A stretch of DNA of 64,000 nucleotides from Patescibacteria group bacterium (GTDB lineage Bacteria > Patescibacteriota > Microgenomatia > Levybacterales > GWA1-39-11). The stretch lies in assembly GCA_035549295.1 (NCBI GenBank), contig DASZRG010000051.1:17841-81840 (forward strand). The letters run 5' to 3'. The notes under the pieces were generated by a model. That model was given only the letters and a program-made list of their open reading frames with translations. It was not told where the DNA came from and did not search any database. Positions 58,308 to 64,000 of the stretch are shown here, in pieces. Position 1 is the first letter of the stretch. Each line of letters begins with the position of its first letter. The position numbers and the translations under genes are program-made.

Positions 58308-59345
58308 ATGGAAAATAACCCAAACAATAAAAAAATAAACCCAAAAGCACTATTGCTGATTGCTGTCTTTTTCATTATCATAGTTCTCATCGCTTTTGTC
58401 TCTCTTCTAATCCCGCAGAGAAACACAAGCCCAAATCAGCAAGCGTTATCTCCCACCCCCGCTCAACTCCCCGAAACAGTCGTTGTTCCAACCCCAGCAA
58501 TACAAACCCCAGCTAGCGTCGTTGTGAACAGACTAGGAGACGTAACCCTTCCAAAACAATTACCAAGCCTTCCAACCAAAATTAAGATTTACACTCTTTC
58601 ACAAACACAAATCTCACCCCTGAAAGCTTCCGACATTGCGCGCTCCCTGGGTTTTACAGGCGAGGGACAAACGAGCTCGACAACAAATGGGGATGCACTC
58701 ATCTTCCAACAGAGTGACGGGAATCTCGTCTTCTATCTAACCGGCGGAAGCATCCAGTATTATCCCGAGACTAACACTGCCTCCGCTGTCACCACAGAAC
58801 AACAAGCGCTTAAGATAGGAATTGAAGCGATAAAAAAATTCTCACCATACGTTGACACGCTCATACCCAACTATTCGTCTAAAACCTATTACGTAGGCAA
58901 CGAGGACTTGAGGCAAGTAGATAGTTTTGCGTCGTCAAATTTTATCGACCTGCCCTTCTCCGACTCGGTTGATAGTCGAATCATTTATTCTCAGTTCGGG
59001 GACAGCGCGTCGGCACACGTGTGGATCAGTAAATCAGGAGGCATTAATCGAATAACGGTGGCTGTTCCTCCACAACTGACAGGAACCGTCGACAAAGAAA
59101 CCCTTTCAGTAGGTGATGCAGAAAAACAGGTAGCGGCGGGTCGGGGAATAATCTCAAAATACGGTGATTCCGACAGCGGACCGCTTCCCACACCAGAAAA
59201 AACCTCTCTCAACGAAGTTGAGTTGGCCTATTTTCGAGACTCGAACAATAAGACCCTCTACCCTATCTTTGTTTTTTCGGGAACGTCGACAGCGGGCGGA
59301 TCCAACTACCCTATCACAGTATATCTACCCGCTCTAAAACCCTAG
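58308..59345 (+). CDS. Bitopic membrane protein with extracellular domain
   Basis: N-terminal TM; C-terminal VELAYF...LYPIFVFSG...YLPA. Confidence 0.7.
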   Translation: MENNPNNKKINPKALLLIAVFFIIIVLIAFVSLLIPQRNTSPNQQALSPTPAQLPETVVVPTPAIQTPASVVVNRLGDVTLPKQLPSLPTKIKIYTLSQTQISPLKASDIARSLGFTGEGQTSSTTNGDALIFQQSDGNLVFYLTGGSIQYYPETNTASAVTTEQQALKIGIEAIKKFSPYVDTLIPNYSSKTYYVGNEDLRQVDSFASSNFIDLPFSDSVDSRIIYSQFGDSASAHVWISKSGGINRITVAVPPQLTGTVDKETLSVGDAEKQVAAGRGIISKYGDSDSGPLPTPEKTSLNEVELAYFRDSNNKTLYPIFVFSGTSTAGGSNYPITVYLPALKP

Positions 59346-60439
59346 TCCTGAATCCTAACTGGCATAATCACATGGATGTAGTCCCCCATACCCTCAACCT
59401 TAAATAGGGCCGGCTCAACAGATGAAGACACCTGCATTGAGATGTTTTTCGCAGTAACACTTTTCAAAAAATCCTGAACAAACTTTATATTAAATGCGAT
59501 CTCATTATTCGGCCCTTCCTGCTCAACCTGAACAATCACGTCCCCCTCACCAACGCTTGCTGATTTTGACAACATTTTTATCTTACCATCGTCTATCTGG
59601 AGCCTAACGATGTTCGCGGAATCCCTAGCGAATATCGACACTACCTTTAGTTTCTGAGCAAGCTCTTGGGAGTCGACGGTTATGGTCGTTTTCCCGCCCT
59701 TGGGTATAACTTTTGCGTAGTTTGGAAACTGACCGATAATCAACCTCCCAACCAAAGTTATATCTTCACTCTCAAAAATTACCTGGTTCGCCTTCTTGTG
59801 CATATACATAAAAATTGATCCACTATGAAAAGCTGAAACCTCAGATAGGAGTCTCGCCGGCAAAATAACAGACTCCTCCTGCAGCACTTTCTTGTTTCTG
59901 ATTGTCTTCATTGATAATCTAAACCCGTCCGTTGTCACAAGGTCAATTCCCTCCTCTTTCTGAGAAAACAATACCCCGGAAAGCTCAGGCCTGTAGTCGT
60001 CTTGCGCTGCCGAAAAGAGAAGCCCTGAAAACATCTGCTCGACCTCCCCCTCACCAAATTCGTAGATTTTCTCTCCCTTATCCTCGTATATACTAGGAAA
60101 TTCGTCTTTGGCGATTGTTCTGAAGGTTATCTCATCATCGCGACAGCTAACGGAAAGGTTTTCTCCTTTAAGAGAAATTTTAACCTTGTCCTTTGGAAAG
60201 GAGGATATTGCCTCAATAAACTGTTTTCCAGGAACGGTCACGGCTCCCTCTTCTTCCACCTTTCCTGCAACTTTAACTCTTATTCCTATTTCGAGATTTG
60301 TTGAGTAAACGAATATGCCATCTTTTGTTGTTTCTATAAGCAGGTTAGAGAGAACTGGAATTTGAGAATGGATAGGTAAACTTTTTGATAAAAGAGGTAG
60401 ATATTTTTCTAGATTTTCTATAAGGAATTCTGCTTTCAT
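59342..60439 (-). CDS. dnaN: DNA polymerase III beta sliding clamp
   Basis: PVLSNLL, STNLEIG, RPELSGV, TTDGFRLS, GQFPNYAKVIP, HVIMPVR. Confidence 0.97.
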   Translation of the reverse strand: MKAEFLIENLEKYLPLLSKSLPIHSQIPVLSNLLIETTKDGIFVYSTNLEIGIRVKVAGKVEEEGAVTVPGKQFIEAISSFPKDKVKISLKGENLSVSCRDDEITFRTIAKDEFPSIYEDKGEKIYEFGEGEVEQMFSGLLFSAAQDDYRPELSGVLFSQKEEGIDLVTTDGFRLSMKTIRNKKVLQEESVILPARLLSEVSAFHSGSIFMYMHKKANQVIFESEDITLVGRLIIGQFPNYAKVIPKGGKTTITVDSQELAQKLKVVSIFARDSANIVRLQIDDGKIKMLSKSASVGEGDVIVQVEQEGPNNEIAFNIKFVQDFLKSVTAKNISMQVSSSVEPALFKVEGMGDYIHVIMPVRIQD

Positions 60440-60575
60440 AAATTATTCTAAATAGTAATAGTAGTAGTATAGGTTGATAAGTGGAAAAAAGCAAAAGAAT
60501 GAGCGTAAAAAAATGTGGATAAGTTGTTGACTACGGTGTTGACTTTTTGTGTATTTTTAAAATCCATTTAAGTTT
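60440..60575. other. oriC: Replication origin oriC (DnaA boxes plus DnaA-trios)
   Basis: TAGTAATAGTAGTAGTATAG 60453-60472 next to tandem boxes GGTTGATAA/AGTGGAAAA; perfect TGTGGATAA at 60514; plus strand looks C-rich to the left and G-rich to the right (by eye). Confidence 0.85.
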
Positions 60576-61916
60576 TTAGTGCACAAAATCCTCTCTGATC
60601 TTACGTTTTATGAGCGAGATTTCCTCACGTGTTGCTTGAGAGTTTTCAACACTTTTCCTCATCTTTTCCACAGCGTGCATAACGGTTGAGTGGTCGCGGC
60701 CTCCCAGTAGATTCCCTATCTCAACATAAGTAAGTCTCGTCTCCTCTTTTAGGAGAAACATGCAGATGTGTCTTGGGGTGATAAGAAAGGAGTCACGGCG
60801 CTCGCCTTTAAGTTGAGTCGACTTAACGTTGAAGTAGTCACATATGGCGTCAACGATTGTGTCCGGTCTGAATACGATCTGCGTGGCCTTGTTTTTATCA
60901 AGAAGCGCCGAAATATCGGCAGGACCGATCTCTGCTCCACTGTTTACTCCGACGGAGGCGATTCTCAAGAGAAAACCTTCGAGCGCACGGGCGTCTTCTA
61001 TTTTTTCACTAATTGCCTTGACTGCATCGATGGAGAGGTTTATTCCATACTTTCTGCTTTTTATAAGGAGAATTGCGCATCGAAGCTCAAAGTCTGGGGC
61101 CTCGATGTCAACAGAAAGCCCACCCTCAAAACGAGAGGCTAGTCTTGCTTCGAGTTTTTTTATTTCAGCCGGAGGTCTATCAGATGACATCACGATCTGT
61201 TTTCCTTGATCGATTAGCGTATTGAAGGTGTGGAAAAGTTCTTCTTGAACCTTGTCTTTTCCTGAGAGAAATTGAATGTCATCAAGAAGCAGTAGGTCTA
61301 CTCCGCGAAAGCGACGCCTGAGGTCTGTCGTTGTTTTTTTCATGATTGCCTCGACCACTTCGTTTGTGAACTCCTCGGTTGTCATGTAAATGATTTTCTT
61401 ATTGTCTCCATCATCAAACACTCGATTGGCAATCGCATTCATAAGGTGGGTTTTTCCGACCCCAACTGTGCCGTACAGAAAAAGGGGATTATATTTCCCG
61501 CCAGGGTCTTGGGCCACGGTAAGAGCTGCGGTGTAGGCGAGCTGATTACTGTCAGATACCGCGACTGTGTCGAAGGTGTAGTCTGGTCTAATTCGCGCAG
61601 GGCGAATCTTTGCCGTGTTTTCTCTGGCAAGCTCGGCAAAAAGAGGCCCCTCGCTTTTTTTTGGTTTTCCGCGAAGGCTGTTGCCTGAGGTAAACACCAG
61701 GCTAACATTTTCCCCTGTTTTTTTATCAAGAACTCGCTTGAGAAGTGAATAATACCTTTTCTCGACATACTCTGCAATTATGTGCGTTGGTGAGTCAATG
61801 GTTGCCACAGAATCTATAAGAGAGGTAAGAGTTGTTGGTTTAAAAAAACCTAAAAAAATAGGCGGTGAAACCTCGACTTGAACTTCGGCTAAAACTTGTT
61901 TCCAGAGATCTTCCAT
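60576..61916 (-). CDS. dnaA: Chromosomal replication initiator DnaA
   Basis: YNPLFLYGTVGVGKTHL, LLLDDIQFL, QEELFHTFN, RLASRFEGG, GGRDHSTVMHA. Confidence 0.98.
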   Translation of the reverse strand: MEDLWKQVLAEVQVEVSPPIFLGFFKPTTLTSLIDSVATIDSPTHIIAEYVEKRYYSLLKRVLDKKTGENVSLVFTSGNSLRGKPKKSEGPLFAELARENTAKIRPARIRPDYTFDTVAVSDSNQLAYTAALTVAQDPGGKYNPLFLYGTVGVGKTHLMNAIANRVFDDGDNKKIIYMTTEEFTNEVVEAIMKKTTTDLRRRFRGVDLLLLDDIQFLSGKDKVQEELFHTFNTLIDQGKQIVMSSDRPPAEIKKLEARLASRFEGGLSVDIEAPDFELRCAILLIKSRKYGINLSIDAVKAISEKIEDARALEGFLLRIASVGVNSGAEIGPADISALLDKNKATQIVFRPDTIVDAICDYFNVKSTQLKGERRDSFLITPRHICMFLLKEETRLTYVEIGNLLGGRDHSTVMHAVEKMRKSVENSQATREEISLIKRKIREDFVH

Positions 61917-61946
61917 TTAAGACGTGAGGCAGGAGTAAGCCAGAGA

Positions 61947-61976
61947 AGTATACGAATGTGGATAACTTTTTGTCAA
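61947..61976 (-). promoter_or_regulatory. dnaA promoter with an embedded perfect DnaA box (autoregulation)
   Basis: Minus strand TTGACA-18-TATACT; TTATCCACA at 61957-61965. Confidence 0.75.
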
Positions 61977-62041
61977 GGGTTAGGCGGTCTTGTTTAGGTT
62001 ATTTTGGGTAATGACTGTATAATATAGGTGAAATTATTTTT

Positions 62042-64000
62042 ATGAATATCGGGTTTTTTACAGACGGCTATCTGCCTCAGCAAGACGGTGTTGTTACGAG
62101 TGTTCTTGAAAGCGTGCGCGAGCTCGAGCGCCGCGGTCATACGGTAACAATCGTTGCTCCGAAATTCCCCGGATATACAGATCGCAACAAAAATGTCATC
62201 AGGCTCACTTCGTTTAAAATTAACACTCTTCCCGAAATCCGCCTTGCGCTAAATCTTCCAGATCGCGGTATGAGAAAAATCATGTCGATGGACTTTGATA
62301 TTATTCATGGACACGCAGGAGGACCCGTAACGCTAATTGGATGGGAGCTTGCTCGAGTAAAAAAGATCCCTATGATTATGACGTACCATACTATGTGGAG
62401 TCGCTATACTCACTACTTCATGAGGGGTAAGGTTATCAAGCCTAAAATGATGGAGCAGGTGACGAAGATATTTAGTAATAGAATTGATCACATTGTTGCT
62501 CCCACCAGGCGAGTCGAACGAGACCTCAAGTCATATGGGGTTAAGCGGCCAATAAGTGTAATTCCCTCGGGAATCGATGTGGAAAGCTTTAGGAGTGCGC
62601 CTCATGGTTTTTTGAGAAAGCTCATAAAAAACGATAAAGATCCAATCGTACTTTTTGTTGGAAGACTTGGCAGAGAAAAGTCTGTTGACCACTTAATAAG
62701 CAGCTTCAGGCATGTCATATTGGAGATTCCATCAGCAAGGCTCGTTATAGTTGGTGATGGAGTTGACAGAAAGAAGCTCGAGCAAATGGCAAAGAAACTT
62801 AAAGTCGATAAAAGCGTTATTTTTGCGGGAAAAATTAACAACTTCAAAATGCATCTTGTATATAAAGATGCGTCTGTCTTTGCTTTTGCTTCGAGAACCG
62901 AAACCCAAGGGTTGGTTGTTTGGGAGGCTTTGGCGTCTGGGGTACCCGTTGTTGCCGTTGATGACCCGGCTTACGAATGCGTGAAGGATGGCGTAAATGG
63001 GTATCTGGTGAAGGGAGGCGTAAGTGATTTTGCAAACAAAATAACGAGTATTCTTAAGGACTCTGAGCTACACGAAAAAATGTCTATTGCAGCTTCGGAA
63101 TCAGTCGAAAAATATTCGGTTACGGAAACCGTAAACTCGCTTGAGAACATATATTTTGATCTTCTCGAGGAGCACAACAAAGAAAGCGTAAGGCAAATAA
63201 GCGTAACTAACGAACGAGCAGAGAATGCATTTATTATCAATTCGGCATTTTGGGCAACGATCCTTCTTGTTCGCACGGCAACTCTACTCTTCCATCAGGG
63301 ATATATGTATCCTACGATAAATATCTTGGGACAGTCATTTTTCCACTCAGAGATCGGAATCTTTTTGTTGCTTCTTGCGATGTCCCAGGTTGTAAATAGG
63401 CGTAAGCCCGGATTTTTTACCTTAATTCTTTTTGGCGCAGCCACCGCACTGATCATAGATGAGGTTTGGGCAGTTCTACTGGGGCATGCAACGATTAGAG
63501 ACTATTGGAGCGCATTCAATTTGATGCCCATAATTACCGCTGGAGTTGTGAGTGGTCTATTCACGACAACAAATCTTGACGAAAGGCCTCAATTCTATAT
63601 CAATACTCGAGAGCAAAAGCACGAGAATCCCGAAAAGCCAAAGGTTAGCGTGGTTATACCAGCATATAATGAGGGCCAGTTTATTGCGCCAACTCTAAAA
63701 AGCCTACTCAACCAAAGCTACAAGAATTTTGAGATCATTGTTGTTGATAACAATTCAACAGATGACACGCGACAAGTCGCCGCGCACTTTGGGGCACGCG
63801 TTGTGCTTGAGCGAAAAAAAGGAGTCGCGGCAGCTCGTCAGGCGGGGTTTTTGTCTGCTCGGGGTGAAATAATTGCCTCAACCGATGCCGACTCTGTGGT
63901 TCCGGAAAACTGGCTGAGTAAAATCGTTGACAAATATGACCACGAGGATATTGTTGGCCTCGCGGGGGTTAACAATCTCTATTCGGGAGCGGTTGCCGCT
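62042..64000 (+). CDS. GT4 glycosyltransferase - membrane domain - GT2 glycosyltransferase fusion, 3'-truncated by window edge
   Basis: MNIGFFTDGYLPQQDGV, FVGRLGREK, ETQGLVVWEALASGVPV; about 4 TM; in-frame KVSVVIPAYNE, VVDNNSTD, TDAD; missing from the ORF track because there is no stop in the window. Confidence 0.85.
   Translation, partial: MNIGFFTDGYLPQQDGVVTSVLESVRELERRGHTVTIVAPKFPGYTDRNKNVIRLTSFKINTLPEIRLALNLPDRGMRKIMSMDFDIIHGHAGGPVTLIGWELARVKKIPMIMTYHTMWSRYTHYFMRGKVIKPKMMEQVTKIFSNRIDHIVAPTRRVERDLKSYGVKRPISVIPSGIDVESFRSAPHGFLRKLIKNDKDPIVLFVGRLGREKSVDHLISSFRHVILEIPSARLVIVGDGVDRKKLEQMAKKLKVDKSVIFAGKINNFKMHLVYKDASVFAFASRTETQGLVVWEALASGVPVVAVDDPAYECVKDGVNGYLVKGGVSDFANKITSILKDSELHEKMSIAASESVEKYSVTETVNSLENIYFDLLEEHNKESVRQISVTNERAENAFIINSAFWATILLVRTATLLFHQGYMYPTINILGQSFFHSEIGIFLLLLAMSQVVNRRKPGFFTLILFGAATALIIDEVWAVLLGHATIRDYWSAFNLMPIITAGVVSGLFTTTNLDERPQFYINTREQKHENPEKPKVSVVIPAYNEGQFIAPTLKSLLNQSYKNFEIIVVDNNSTDDTRQVAAHFGARVVLERKKGVAAARQAGFLSARGEIIASTDADSVVPENWLSKIVDKYDHEDIVGLAGVNNLYSGAVAA

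Noticed and set aside
22704-59345. T4SS genes as an ICE, plasmid or prophage
   Set aside because: No integrase, relaxase, att duplication or phage structural genes in the window, and housekeeping genes are interleaved
257-63276. Numerous 60-180 aa ORFs overlapping longer genes in other frames or strands
   Set aside because: They shadow well-supported CDSs or tRNAs and show no recognisable motifs

Overview
A 64-kb chromosomal segment from a small-genome bacterium, most likely Patescibacteria/CPR and Microgenomates-like. That assignment is inferred from the gene repertoire; TGA acts as a stop, so the code is 11. The right end holds dnaA-dnaN with a B. subtilis-type oriC (DnaA boxes, a DnaA-trio array and a visible G/C strand-bias switch). 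Left of the origin is a resident type IV secretion-like/pilin system with no relaxase in the window: four VirB2/TrbC-like pilins, PrgI, VirB4, an M23 peptidase, a VirB6-like protein, a distant VirD4-like ATPase and very large orphan proteins. These are interleaved with housekeeping genes (tpiA, pcrA/uvrD, smpB/ssrA, nrdR, comF, a coaD fusion, envelope enzymes). RNA genes are tRNA-Ser(UGA), tRNA-Ser(GCU), an unusual tRNA with a UAU anticodon, tmRNA, and a candidate rod-shaped ncRNA between two pilin genes. The intergenic DNA is highly structured. One palindrome family abuts all four tRNA-like genes, and one copy is linked to a small GIY-YIG nuclease. There is also a second DnaA-box cluster 26 kb from oriC, four Crp-like boxes in exact 23-bp phase, several dispersed repeat families, and widespread -10 boxes 5-7 nt before start codons, which suggests leaderless mRNAs. 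All protein calls come from motif recognition by eye; no database search was run.
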